A stretch of 64,000 nt of DNA from Nitrospira sp. CG24B (GTDB lineage Bacteria; Nitrospirota; Nitrospiria; Nitrospirales; Nitrospiraceae): assembly GCA_002869845.2 (NCBI GenBank), contig NEWS02000003.1, forward strand, positions 11,607 through 75,606. The letters are read 5' to 3'. The first letter of the stretch is position 1, and each line of letters begins with the position of its first letter. The position numbers and the translations under genes were made by a program. This document shows, in pieces, positions 18,501 to 27,742 of the stretch. Under the pieces are notes generated by a model. It saw only the letters and a list, made by a program, of their open reading frames with translations, had not been told where the DNA came from and did not search any database.

Positions 18501-20888
18501 ACCCGCAATGCGATGTTCCCACCCCGCCATTCTGACTCGGCGATCGGAGATCCAGCGGACATACCCATCTCGTCCCACAATCCGGTACTCACAGTGGAAC
18601 ACCGCTGTCACCCCTCCGCCAATAAACCGATCATGACTTGCCTTCACCCGCCGATGGTCATCCGGATGGATCGAGTCGAGCCAGAGAGACCAGTTTCGAT
18701 ACATTTCCTCCCGCTCAATACCCCAGATAAAGGTGAATGCGGAGTTGACATACAACACCTTCCTTCCCTCTGGCGTCACATCCGCGATCCAGAAGGCGGA
18801 ACTCACCGACTCGGCGAACTGCTGCCACCGGGCCTCGCTCTCTCGTAACGCCTCTTGTGTACGATTACGCTCAGTGACATCAGTGGCAATGATGCCAATG
18901 GCTGAAAGATGACCAGCAGCATCCGTCACAGGAAATTTCACGACGATACTGGTATGAGGCCCGTCTTCCTGCTCCGTGACTTCCTCAAACTCCTGTCCTC
19001 GCCCCGTGGTTAATACTTGTCGATCATGCAATTCAAACTGCTCGGCCTGCGCGGGTGAAAACACTTCCCGATCCGTCTTGCCTAGCGCCATGCCAGAAGC
19101 TAGGCGGCAGACTTCCTCAAACCGTCGGTTGGTGTAGAGATAGCGCCCTTCGTGATCTTTCAGGCATGTCATATTCGGCGCGTTCTCCAAGAATTGGCGA
19201 AACCGCTCTTCGCTCCGACGCAGCGCCTCCGTCCTGTCGCTCACTTGTCGTTCCAAGGTCGCATTGAGATCGGCGAGTGCTTGTTCTGCGCGCTTGCGTT
19301 CGGTGATGTCGTTACCGACCGTGATGAGGCACATCCTTCCATTAAGCTCAGCCAGATCCGAAGACACCAGGATATGGCGCAAATCCCCGGATTTTATCTT
19401 GAAGCTCATCTCAAGATTGTGGACCGGCTTGCCACCTTTCAATTGCTTAACGAGCCATGCCCGATCCTCTTCATTCGGCCAGATCCCCAGCATCAAGGTG
19501 GTGCTTCCGATCACGTCCTCACGACGGAACCCAAACAGCTGCAAACACGCGTCATTCACTTCGATACAACGACCCGTTGCCAGTTCCGTGATTCCAATCG
19601 GATGTGGGCTTGCGCGGAAGGCTATGGCAAATCGTTCCTCGCTTTCGCGTAACGCCTCCTCTGCCTGCTTGCGCTCGGTAATATCGGAGAACAAGCCGAT
19701 GATGGCAGGCTTCCCGTTCCACGTGATCCGAGCTGCCTCGACCTGGACCTGAATCGGTGTGCCATCCATCTTCAGATAGATTCGCTCCGCACTATGAACG
19801 GACATTCCGCCGCTCAGCAGGCGTTTCACATTCTCCCTGACTTCTTGATGATAGTCCGGATGGATGAATTCAAAGGTCGGCCGGTCCAGAATTTCCTGCG
19901 CAGCATTCGCTCCCAGGAGGACGGCGCCCGTATGGTTGACGTAGGCGGTTCGTCCTTCGCTGAAGACGAATACACCAGATGGTGAAAGCTCGACTAAGGT
20001 TCTGTACCGTTCTTCACTCTCCCGTACTGACTCCTCCATTCGTCTGCGATCAGTAATATCGGTATGTGAGCCGAGGAGACTAATTCTTCGACCATCCGCT
20101 TCAGTCACAAACGAGGCCCGTGCTTCAATCCATCGATAGCCCCCGTCCTTGTGCTTCAGCTGAAATTCCTGTCGATAGTCTCCCTCGCGACGAGACACGT
20201 AGTCTCGTACGTAGGCAATCGCCGCATCACGATCCTCTGGGTGCAGAAGCGTCGTCCATCCCTCAAAAGAATCTGAAATCTCCGCCGGCTCGTATCCCAG
20301 CTGGTATTTCCATTCCTCGGAAAAGACCACGGCGTTCGTTTCCGTGTTCCAGTCCCAGAGTCCGGTGCCTGACGCACGGAGAGCCTGTCGGAGCTTTTCT
20401 TGAGACGTCCGTAACATCGCCTCCGCGCGCTTCCGCTCGGTAATGTCCAAGGCTGCCCCGAACATACGGAGGGGTTGACCGCCGCTATCACGCGCGACCT
20501 CGCCGCAGCAATGAATCGTCCGTACGTCGCCATCGGGGCGGACAATTCGGCATTCCATGTCGTAGGTTGCAGCCCCTGCCAACGCGTCATCGATCGCCGC
20601 CAGCACCCGGTCATGATCGTCCGGCAGTACCGCCGACATAAAACTGTCGAAGGTGATCGCTCGCGATCGAGGTTCATAGCCGAAGATCCGGTAGAGTTCG
20701 TTGGACCATTCCACCTCGCCACTTGCGATGTCCCAATTCCAACTCCCCAGGTGAGCAAGAGCTTGTGCGACCTCCAGGTGATGAGTCTGTTCGTGCAGCA
20801 CTCGGTCACGCTCGGCAAGCTGGTGTGCGAGATCGGCGACCTGCCTGCGCAGCAGATCCAATTCAGGACGGTGACTTGTAGAACTCAT
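15507..20888 (-). CDS. Cytoplasmic multi-PAS (about 12) HisKA_3 / NarX-type sensor kinase
   Basis: Repeated PAS/PAC units ending DITERK; ERERISQDLHDGILQSL; EGVSNALRHS; DDGIGF; G.GL. No TM seen. ATG 20888 follows an AAGGAG RBS. Confidence 0.93.
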   Translation of the reverse strand: MSSTSHRPELDLLRRQVADLAHQLAERDRVLHEQTHHLEVAQALAHLGSWNWDIASGEVEWSNELYRIFGYEPRSRAITFDSFMSAVLPDDHDRVLAAIDDALAGAATYDMECRIVRPDGDVRTIHCCGEVARDSGGQPLRMFGAALDITERKRAEAMLRTSQEKLRQALRASGTGLWDWNTETNAVVFSEEWKYQLGYEPAEISDSFEGWTTLLHPEDRDAAIAYVRDYVSRREGDYRQEFQLKHKDGGYRWIEARASFVTEADGRRISLLGSHTDITDRRRMEESVRESEERYRTLVELSPSGVFVFSEGRTAYVNHTGAVLLGANAAQEILDRPTFEFIHPDYHQEVRENVKRLLSGGMSVHSAERIYLKMDGTPIQVQVEAARITWNGKPAIIGLFSDITERKQAEEALRESEERFAIAFRASPHPIGITELATGRCIEVNDACLQLFGFRREDVIGSTTLMLGIWPNEEDRAWLVKQLKGGKPVHNLEMSFKIKSGDLRHILVSSDLAELNGRMCLITVGNDITERKRAEQALADLNATLERQVSDRTEALRRSEERFRQFLENAPNMTCLKDHEGRYLYTNRRFEEVCRLASGMALGKTDREVFSPAQAEQFELHDRQVLTTGRGQEFEEVTEQEDGPHTSIVVKFPVTDAAGHLSAIGIIATDVTERNRTQEALRESEARWQQFAESVSSAFWIADVTPEGRKVLYVNSAFTFIWGIEREEMYRNWSLWLDSIHPDDHRRVKASHDRFIGGGVTAVFHCEYRIVGRDGYVRWISDRRVRMAGWEHRIAGIAEDITHHKQQLALMAQTEAMGNIGGWEVDFLTNRLWWSDETYRLHETTPELYSPTVETALNFYTRESRPLLAEAFEKAMTQGMAWDLELDLVSAKGRRIAVRAAGEVEVVNDRAVRAYGTFQDITELKRTEEALRKAHDELERKVIERTAELQASEERYRNLYDETPSMYFTVDGKGIIRSVNEYGARYLGYRVEDLVGTSVEAIIFEADRECICAKMEAFFRHPEGVAQWEFRKVRGDGTVLWVREFARVLQREVGKSLALIVCDDITERRHAGEALRESEERFSKAFRTSPHPIGITEVATGRCLEVNDACLELFGFRREEVIGNTTLILGIWPNLEERVRVIERLKAGQPVRNIEFALKVKSGALRYLLASADLAELNGTLCIVTVANDITDRKQAEEALRRSEERFAKAFQASPHPVVISELDSGLVVDANDAACQLFDYRTEEVVGRTTQQIGLWPSTEARDRYLELLKRQGSVRNVEVALRSKSGEIRQCLLSSELIELNGKQCSVTVGDDITESKRLERALRLTQFSVDQAVEAILWLDPNARIFSVNDTACRMLEYSREQLMVMTVHDIDPNFPVERWVTHWNYLKQQGALTFDAKFWSRSGLVLQTDVTVNYLQHEGKEYACMILRDIGERKRAEAELRRSHTFLRQVIDTDPDLIFAKDRDGRFTVANKAVADWYGTTVEELIGKLDADFNANAEEVEFFRRSDLEVIYSGRDRFIPEERITDAEGKTRWLQTVKRPIFDDQGQVHMVLGAATDITERKRMEEILLQRERDLSAALQERERISQDLHDGILQSLYAVGLGLEACKPLIRKRRDPVAKKFMATLDHAIRQLNQVMTEVRNFIAGLESQVLQGGDFSTALRTMVETMSISSSTRCRVRIDDEAARRLSTEQALHIINIVREGVSNALRHSRAKQITVSLRDLIRSDRLAVTDDGIGFSTRSVQGVGHGLVNMAARAQKVRGLFAIQSKPDKGTRISLDLPKDTHYAHN

Positions 20889-21121
20889 GATGAGGCTCCT
20901 TGCCGCGCGACGCCGACAGTACCTCAACAGCCGGCTCAACTCACAGGAGCGACCATGTCACGTGGCGAATGATGAATGATGATGACGGCCCAGCGCACTG
21001 CTTCCTAAGATAAAGACCTCAGGAGAGGGCTAGTGTCCTACGAGAATAGGCGAAAGTCTAGATCCAAATGGCCCCGAGCCTCTACCTAAAAAAGAGGCGA
21101 GGCTGCATCGATTATGTATGA

Positions 21122-21205
21122 TGGTGCCGAAGGCGGGACTTGAACCCGCACGGCTTTCGCCACACGCCCCTCAAACGTGCGTGTCTGCCATTCCACCACT
21201 TCGGC
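21122..21205 (-). tRNA. tRNA-Leu(GAG)
   Basis: GCCGAAGTGGTGGAATGGCAGAC..CACGT-TT-GAG-GG-GCGTG, long variable arm, GGTTCAAGTCC, encoded CCA. Confidence 0.97.
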
Positions 21206-21217
21206 ACAAAGCGAGAA

Positions 21218-21286
21218 GCGTCGTTCGTCGGAATTCGTCGTCGACAGCGGTTCACGAGATACGCTTCACGAACAGACGAGCGACGC
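21218..21286. repeat. Palindromic (REP-like) hairpin in the tRNA-Leu leader
   Basis: 12-bp near-perfect inverted repeat GCGTCGTTCGTC / GACGAGCGACGC enclosing GAGATACGCTTCACG. Confidence 0.65.
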
Positions 21287-21300
21287 CTGAGGGAGTGCGC

Positions 21301-21330
21301 ATTATAGAAGTAGGGTAAAATTGTTGTCAA
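21301..21330 (-). promoter_or_regulatory. Consensus sigma70 promoter for tRNA-Leu(GAG)
   Basis: TTGACA-N18-TATAAT on the minus strand. Confidence 0.85.
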
Positions 21331-21382
21331 TCAACCGGACGTTCGGTAGAATCGGCATCTCATTGTCCTAGGTCGCTCTTCC

Positions 21383-22063
21383 ATGACGCGAACAGACGAA
21401 CAAGGTCTCTCCTCTTCCATTGCGGCATTTTTTGATGTCGACAATACCATTTTGCCTGGTGAAGCGAGTGAAATGAGATTTTTCCGCTGGCTGTGGCGAC
21501 GCGGTATCGTCGGGTGGCCTGAAGCTCGTGAGAGCGTGTCGTGGCTCCTGCGACATTTCCCGGCATTGTCGCTGCACCCGCTCCGCAAGCGGAAGCTGTA
21601 CCTAGCCGGAAAACCTTCGCAAGTGATTCAACCGTTGGGCGAGGAGTTTTGTCGCGAGGAACTCTGTCCTCGTGTCTCCCCCGCTGCGATGCGGATGCTC
21701 GACGAGCATCGCCGTGCCGGCCACGCCATCATTTTCGTGACAGGGTCCATCGATTTTCTGATCGCCCCCGTCGCGGACGCGCTTCGAGCTGATCGCTGCT
21801 TTGCTACTCGATTGGAGCAGCAGAATGGACTCTATACCGGGTTCCTCGTGCCACCCCTGCCGTATGGGGAGGGGAAACGCCAACTCATTGATCAGTTGAT
21901 CCATGAACTGACGCTGGATCTCTCCCAATGCTATGCGTACGGGGATAGCCCGGGTGATTTTGACTTGCTCCGTGCCGTGGGGCATCCGACGGTGGTGAAC
22001 CCAATTCGTGGCATGGCCTCCATCGCCCGACAGCAGAACTGGCCGATCGTCAAATGGCGATGA
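21383..22063 (+). CDS. HAD-IB family hydrolase (SerB-like)
   Basis: FFDVDNT, VTGS, GEGK, YGDSPGD. Confidence 0.9.
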   Translation: MTRTDEQGLSSSIAAFFDVDNTILPGEASEMRFFRWLWRRGIVGWPEARESVSWLLRHFPALSLHPLRKRKLYLAGKPSQVIQPLGEEFCREELCPRVSPAAMRMLDEHRRAGHAIIFVTGSIDFLIAPVADALRADRCFATRLEQQNGLYTGFLVPPLPYGEGKRQLIDQLIHELTLDLSQCYAYGDSPGDFDLLRAVGHPTVVNPIRGMASIARQQNWPIVKWR

Positions 22064-22140
22064 GTGACTCCTTGTGATCGAATCAACCGCCTGCTCGGTG
22101 AATCATCCAATCGACGATTTAGTTAGTCCACACACGGCTC

Positions 22141-22776
22141 ATGCGCGTCACTGAAATTTTTCATAGCGTTCAAGGCGAGTCGACCTTTGCCGGCCTCCCC
22201 TGCGTGTTCGTACGTCTGACCGGTTGCCCGCTGCGATGCACCTGGTGTGACACGGATTATGCGTTCTTTGGCGGAATGGACCGGTCCATCGATGACATTC
22301 TCGACACGGTGCGATCCTATGGTTGTCAGTTGGTCGAGGTGACGGGAGGTGAACCGTTAGCGCAACCCGATAGCAGCGCGCTGCTCTGTCGATTGTGCCA
22401 TGAAGGATTCACGGTCCTCCTTGAAACGAGCGGAGCAGTGGATACCACCATCGTCGATCCATCGGTCCATATTATCTTGGACGTGAAATGCCCGGGAAGC
22501 GGCATGACGGAACGGATGCACTGGCCCAATGTCGAACGATTGCGGCCACAGGATGAAGCAAAATTCGTCATGCAGGACCGGAGTGATTACGAATGGGCGA
22601 AACGTATTCTGGATCGCTTCCAGTTGACCGATCGTTGTGCGGTGCACTTTAGTCCGGTGTTTGGCGCGCTGGATCCACGACGGTTGGCTGAATGGCTCTT
22701 GGCCGATCGATTACCGGTTCGCCTTCAGTTGCAACTCCACAAGCACATCTGGGCACCCAATATGCGGGGAGTGTGA
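22141..22776 (+). CDS. queE: 7-carboxy-7-deazaguanine synthase (radical SAM)
   Basis: EIFHSVQGE, CPLRCTWCDT, TGGEP, ETSG, QLHK. Confidence 0.93.
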   Translation: MRVTEIFHSVQGESTFAGLPCVFVRLTGCPLRCTWCDTDYAFFGGMDRSIDDILDTVRSYGCQLVEVTGGEPLAQPDSSALLCRLCHEGFTVLLETSGAVDTTIVDPSVHIILDVKCPGSGMTERMHWPNVERLRPQDEAKFVMQDRSDYEWAKRILDRFQLTDRCAVHFSPVFGALDPRRLAEWLLADRLPVRLQLQLHKHIWAPNMRGV

Positions 22777-22839
22777 AGAATATCGCCGTCGAGCAAGATG
22801 AAGAAGTCCTGATGACAACCAACCATTGGCTGATGCTGC

Positions 22840-24381
22840 TTGCCCATTGACGCATCAAAGGAGAATCGAATGCCCATTCTGCGAGTTCACGCGAAACAAG
22901 GACACGTCGACACCGAGACCACAGACGCGCTGGTCCTCCTGCTGTGTGAAGGGGAGGGACTGCCTAAGGAAGATGGGGCGATTCTGGATAGAGCGCTCGG
23001 TGGAACCCTCCGTGATCTTCTCCAGTCAAAGGAGTTCGATGGAAAGACCGGTGAGGTGGTTTTGTTTCATACGCACGGGAAAATTCCGGCGAAGCGGTTG
23101 ATTCTAGTCGGGCTTGGGAAAAAACATGACCTGGGTTTGGATCAGATCCGACAGGCGATGGGCCATGCCGTCAAACGGGTTCGCCAAGCCAAATCCGGTG
23201 CTTTTGCGGTGGCGCTGCCGAGCAGCGTGCCGCATGGGGCGTCGCCGATCGACGTTGGCCAGACGATGGCTGAAGGAGCGATCTTAGGAAGCTATCAATT
23301 CACGACCTATCGCAGCGACACCCCGACGGGTAAGGGCGTGACCGCGATGACGGTTCTGGCTCCGCAGAAAGATCACCTGCGCCAGTTGTCGGAAGGGATT
23401 CGTCGCGGTGTCGCGACCGCTGAAGCGACGGTCTACGTTCGAGATCTCTGTAACCATCCATCGAATGTGATGACACCGACCAGGATCGCCAGTGAGGCAA
23501 AAACCGTGGCGAAGGAAGTCGGCGTGAATCTCAAGATCCTCGAACAAAAAGAGATGGAACAACTCGGCATGGGCGCGCTACTGGGGGTTGCAAAAGGCAG
23601 CCACGAGCCGCCGAAATTCATTATTCTCCAGTACCACGGAGCCAAGAACAAAAACGACCGCCCGGTCGTGCTCGTCGGCAAGACGATCACCTTCGACACG
23701 GGTGGGATCTCGCTCAAACCAGCGGAAAATATGGAACAGATGAAGGCCGATATGACGGGTGGAGCGGAAGTGTTGGCCGCGATGCGAGCGGCCGCTCGTC
23801 TGAAGCTACCGCTTAATCTCATCAGCATCCTCCCGGCAGCCGAAAACATGCCCGGGGGCCGGGCGATGCGACCTGGTGACGTGGTCAAGACCCTTTCGGG
23901 AAAAACCGTGGAGGTGCAGAACACGGACGCCGAGGGCCGCCTGATTCTCTCCGACGGCCTTACCTATGCGACGCGATTCAAGCCGGCCGCGCTCATTGAT
24001 ATAGCCACGTTGACGGGGGCTTGTGTCGTCGCGCTGGGTCAGTTCGCGATCGGCATGTTCGGCACCGATGCCAGGTTGAAAGACGCGATTCAGAAGGCCG
24101 GTCTTCGAGCAGGCGAGCGGGTATGGGAAATGCCGTTGTGGGACGAATATTTTGAGCAACTGCGCAGCGATGTGGCCGACATGCGGAATATCGGCGGACG
24201 TGGGGGTGGCATGATCACTGCGGCGCTGTTCTTAAGCAAGTTCGTCGGCGACGCCCCCTGGGTGCATCTCGACATCGCCAGCACCGATTGGAGCGAGCGG
24301 GAACGGGCGTATATCCCCAAAGGCCCAACCGGCATCGGGACCAGACTGTTAATCCAGTTCCTCATCAATCGCTCACTATAG
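22840..24381 (+). CDS. pepA: Leucyl aminopeptidase (M17)
   Basis: GKTITFDTGG, MKADMTG, NTDAEGRL, ATLTGA, HLDIA. Confidence 0.96.
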   Translation: MPIDASKENRMPILRVHAKQGHVDTETTDALVLLLCEGEGLPKEDGAILDRALGGTLRDLLQSKEFDGKTGEVVLFHTHGKIPAKRLILVGLGKKHDLGLDQIRQAMGHAVKRVRQAKSGAFAVALPSSVPHGASPIDVGQTMAEGAILGSYQFTTYRSDTPTGKGVTAMTVLAPQKDHLRQLSEGIRRGVATAEATVYVRDLCNHPSNVMTPTRIASEAKTVAKEVGVNLKILEQKEMEQLGMGALLGVAKGSHEPPKFIILQYHGAKNKNDRPVVLVGKTITFDTGGISLKPAENMEQMKADMTGGAEVLAAMRAAARLKLPLNLISILPAAENMPGGRAMRPGDVVKTLSGKTVEVQNTDAEGRLILSDGLTYATRFKPAALIDIATLTGACVVALGQFAIGMFGTDARLKDAIQKAGLRAGERVWEMPLWDEYFEQLRSDVADMRNIGGRGGGMITAALFLSKFVGDAPWVHLDIASTDWSERERAYIPKGPTGIGTRLLIQFLINRSL

Positions 24382-24404
24382 GGTAAGAGAAAGACGGTTC
24401 GGCG

Positions 24405-25502
24405 ATGTCATACGACCAGATTGGCCAACTCTTCATGATTGGGTTCGATGGCACCACCGTGTCGGCTGACCTCGCCTCCTTCATCAGGGAATATAAGCCC
24501 GGTGGAATCATCCTGTTTTCGAGGAATCTCGAATCGATCGCGCAGATGGTGGAATTGACAAGCGATCTTCAACGCTGTAGTCCACACTCCCCCCTCCTGA
24601 TCTCTATCGATCAAGAAGGTGGACGGGTCTCACGGTTGCCAAAAGACTTTACAATTTTTCCACCATGCGAAGTCCTTGGGCAATGCCGTTCCTCTGAACT
24701 AGCCTACGCGGCGGCAGCCACGACCGCAACAGAACTCAAGGCCGTCGGCATCAACATGAATATGTCTCCGGTGCTTGATGTGAACAGCAACCCCGCCAAT
24801 CCGGTGATCGGTGATCGCGCCTTCGGCACAACGCCTGACCTCGTGGCTGAATTGGGGTTGGCCACAGTGGGAGGTCTCCAGGACAATCGTGTCGTGGCTT
24901 GCGGGAAGCATTTTCCTGGTCATGGCGATACCAACTCGGACTCGCACAAGGAGTTGCCCATCGTAACGGCGCCGCGCGAACGATTGGAGCATATTGAGTT
25001 TCCTCCATTCCGGCGAGCGGTGGCGAACGGCGTGGCGACGATGATGACGGCCCACGTGCTGTATCAGGCGTTGGATGAGAAACGGCCGGCAACCCTGTCC
25101 CCGACGATCATCGGAAGATTTCTTCGTGAGGAGTTGCACTACAACGGTGTCGTGTTGACGGATGATCTTGAGATGCATGCCATCATTGATCATTATGGCA
25201 TCGGCGACGCAACGATCCAGGCCATTCAAGCCGGTTGCGACATGCCGTTGATCTGTAAAGACCGCAACCGCGTCATAGCCGCGATGAATGCCGTTGACAA
25301 AGCTGTGGCCGACGCGGACATCTCGGCCGGACGGTTGGCCCAGTCCCTCGCGCGTATCCGTCGCGTGAAAGAGCGCTTCCTGCTTCCCTATCGCCCCGTG
25401 ATGATTTCAGATGCCAAACTTGTGGTGGGGTGCCGAAGCCACAAAGCGCTCTTGCGCTCCATCGACCGGACACGAGAACGAGTCGCGAAGGCCGACCTAT
25501 GA
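24405..25502 (+). CDS. nagZ: Beta-N-acetylhexosaminidase (GH3)
   Basis: IDQEGGRV, KHFPGHG..DSH, TDDLEM. Confidence 0.95.
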   Translation: MSYDQIGQLFMIGFDGTTVSADLASFIREYKPGGIILFSRNLESIAQMVELTSDLQRCSPHSPLLISIDQEGGRVSRLPKDFTIFPPCEVLGQCRSSELAYAAAATTATELKAVGINMNMSPVLDVNSNPANPVIGDRAFGTTPDLVAELGLATVGGLQDNRVVACGKHFPGHGDTNSDSHKELPIVTAPRERLEHIEFPPFRRAVANGVATMMTAHVLYQALDEKRPATLSPTIIGRFLREELHYNGVVLTDDLEMHAIIDHYGIGDATIQAIQAGCDMPLICKDRNRVIAAMNAVDKAVADADISAGRLAQSLARIRRVKERFLLPYRPVMISDAKLVVGCRSHKALLRSIDRTRERVAKADL

Positions 25503-25696
25503 CCTTTGCTTTTTTCTTTTCAATATAGAGAGTGAACCATTTTGTGCAGTGTCTCTTCAGGAGAATTCCCTGAGTTACGCAGGGATGGAAGACCTCCCCT
25601 CACTGAAGTGAGGAAGCGAAACCTCTGTCTCTCTACCGAATACCTTGCCCTCCTCTCATCTCTTGTGGCATCATAAGCGTTCCTTTGGAGGGCCTT

Positions 25697-26137
25697 ATGG
25701 CCTCATTGCTCGAGTACGTTGGATCTGTCCATATTTTTCTTGGGCCCTACCGGGGCAATCCGATCGCGATCTATTTGCGGCGGACGGAATCTGGCTGCCA
25801 GATCGGCCCAAAAGTCTATCCTTGGAACAATGTCATGGGCCTTGGTGAAACGCCGAATAAGGCCGCTGCTGATTTCGAGGAAAAATGGAAGACAAAGGGC
25901 TTAACGGCAAACATGTATTCGGGCCCAGCCTGGGAAGGAGGCATTAAGCCAGAAAGACCAGCGCCGCCCAAGCCAGCTGCCCCCCCACCTAAACCGGCCA
26001 CTCCGCCCAAGGCCGCAGCCACTCCAGTAGACACAGTCCCTGGATCGCCTGTCCCGGCTGCTGCCGCAGTTCCCGCTGAAGAGACTTCTACCACAGCACC
26101 CGTTTCCGCAACCCAGCCCGCTGGAAAGTCGGACTAG
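25697..26137 (+). CDS. Hypothetical protein with Pro/Ala-rich C-terminal tail
   Basis: GGAGGG RBS then ATG; globular ~80 aa followed by PAPPKP repeats. Confidence 0.75.
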   Translation: MASLLEYVGSVHIFLGPYRGNPIAIYLRRTESGCQIGPKVYPWNNVMGLGETPNKAAADFEEKWKTKGLTANMYSGPAWEGGIKPERPAPPKPAAPPPKPATPPKAAATPVDTVPGSPVPAAAAVPAEETSTTAPVSATQPAGKSD

Positions 26138-26162
26138 ACTCCTTACTAGCATTGCTCCTGAT

Positions 26163-27629
26163 TCATCGTGACGGCGGACTACTGTCGACAGCCTGAGCGG
26201 CTAGTTTGCTGTGTTTCATCCCATACACCGCATACACGAGAATGCCAATAATGGTCCATACCACAAAACGGATCCATGTTGCCCAAGGCAAACCAGCCAT
26301 GAGGTATAGACATGCCGAGATGCTCATGATGGGCACGAAAGGCATGAAGGGAAGACGAAAGGGCCTGGGCAGATTCGGCTTTGCGTACCGGAGTAGCATG
26401 ACCCCAAAACTGACGAGGATAAAGGCAAAGAAGGTTCCGATGTTGGTCATATCGGCCGCTTCCCCGATCTGGAACAACGCCGCCAGAATCGCGACAACCA
26501 CTCCGGTCAGAATCGTTGCCCGATGGGGGGTTCCAAACGTTGGATGAACCTGTGAGAGCCCCGGGCTTAACAGCCTATCGCGCGACATAGCAAAGAACAC
26601 GCGGATTTGTCCCAGCATCATGACGATCAATACACTCGTGATACCCGCCACGGCTCCGATAGCCACGATAGCAGCGCCCCATTTAAACCCGACGACGCTG
26701 AGCGCTTCCGCCACTGGAGCGTGTATGTCAATTTGGCTCAGGGGGACCAGGCCGGTGAGGACAGCCGCCACGGAAATATAGAGCACGGTACACACAGCCA
26801 GCGAAGCAAGGATACCCAACGGAACGTCTCGTTGGGGGTTCCGAGCCTCCTCTGCAGCAGTTGAGACCGCGTCGAACCCTATATAGGCAAAAAAGATGAT
26901 AGCAGCCGCGGCACGGACCCCTTCAAATCCGTTCGGCATGAAAGGCGTCCAGTTATCAGCGCTGACAGAGGGAGCCCCTACGGCGATGAAGAAGAGAACC
27001 ACCGCAAGTTTCAGCAGCACGATCATGCCGGCGGCACGAGCACTTTCCTTGATTCCTATCACGAGTATGGCCGTGACCAACAAGACGATGATGGCAGCTG
27101 GAAAATTGGCGATACTTCCCTCCGGACCACCGGCCCAATGCGGTGGATTCGTCGCCCAATAGGGCAATTCCAAGCCAGCGAGCGTCAATAATTTGTTGAA
27201 ATAGCCGGACCAGCCGATCGCCACCGCGACGCAGGCCACACCATATTCCAAAATCAGATTCCATCCTGTGAGCCAGGCAAGAAACTCACCCAGCGTGGCG
27301 TACGAAAAGGTATACGCAGACCCCGCGACCGGGATCATCGATGAAAATTCGGCATAACAGAGCGCGGCTAACGCGCAGGTGATGCCGGAAAGAATGAAGG
27401 AGAGCACAATCCCTGGTCCCGCTCCTGGCCGGTGGGCATCACCGACAATGGCGGTTCCGACCAGGACGAAAATGCCGGTCCCAATAATCGCGCCGATCCC
27501 AAGCGCCGTGAGATCCCACGCCGTCAATGTTTTCTTGAGACGATGCTCTGGATGTTCGGCATCGGCCAGAATTTGATCGATGGGTTTCGTTCGGAGAAGT
27601 TGGCTGCGCACGGTCCCTCCCAAGCTCAA
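26163..27629 (-). CDS. APC-family amino acid permease (cationic amino acid transporter-like)
   Basis: GAIIGTGIF, YAEFSSMIPVAGSAY, FFAYIGFD, AEEARNP; about 12 TM. Confidence 0.95.
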   Translation of the reverse strand: MSLGGTVRSQLLRTKPIDQILADAEHPEHRLKKTLTAWDLTALGIGAIIGTGIFVLVGTAIVGDAHRPGAGPGIVLSFILSGITCALAALCYAEFSSMIPVAGSAYTFSYATLGEFLAWLTGWNLILEYGVACVAVAIGWSGYFNKLLTLAGLELPYWATNPPHWAGGPEGSIANFPAAIIVLLVTAILVIGIKESARAAGMIVLLKLAVVLFFIAVGAPSVSADNWTPFMPNGFEGVRAAAAIIFFAYIGFDAVSTAAEEARNPQRDVPLGILASLAVCTVLYISVAAVLTGLVPLSQIDIHAPVAEALSVVGFKWGAAIVAIGAVAGITSVLIVMMLGQIRVFFAMSRDRLLSPGLSQVHPTFGTPHRATILTGVVVAILAALFQIGEAADMTNIGTFFAFILVSFGVMLLRYAKPNLPRPFRLPFMPFVPIMSISACLYLMAGLPWATWIRFVVWTIIGILVYAVYGMKHSKLAAQAVDSSPPSR

Positions 27630-27742
27630 CGTGCCAGAATTCGCTGTGATGGGGTCACGACACTACGGCTCCATCTGAGATCAACGTGTGGCCAGAGACC
27701 ACGGAACGAGTTGGCGGTGCTTGCTGGGACGGTCCGGAGAGA

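Noticed and set aside
12140-21122. Signalling block as an island integrated at tRNA-Leu(GAG)
   Set aside because: No integrase and no duplicated tRNA 3' end found at the far boundary near 12140-12220.
25555-25640. Glycine riboswitch
   Set aside because: GGAGA is present, but the CCGAAG and CTCTCAGG elements are missing.
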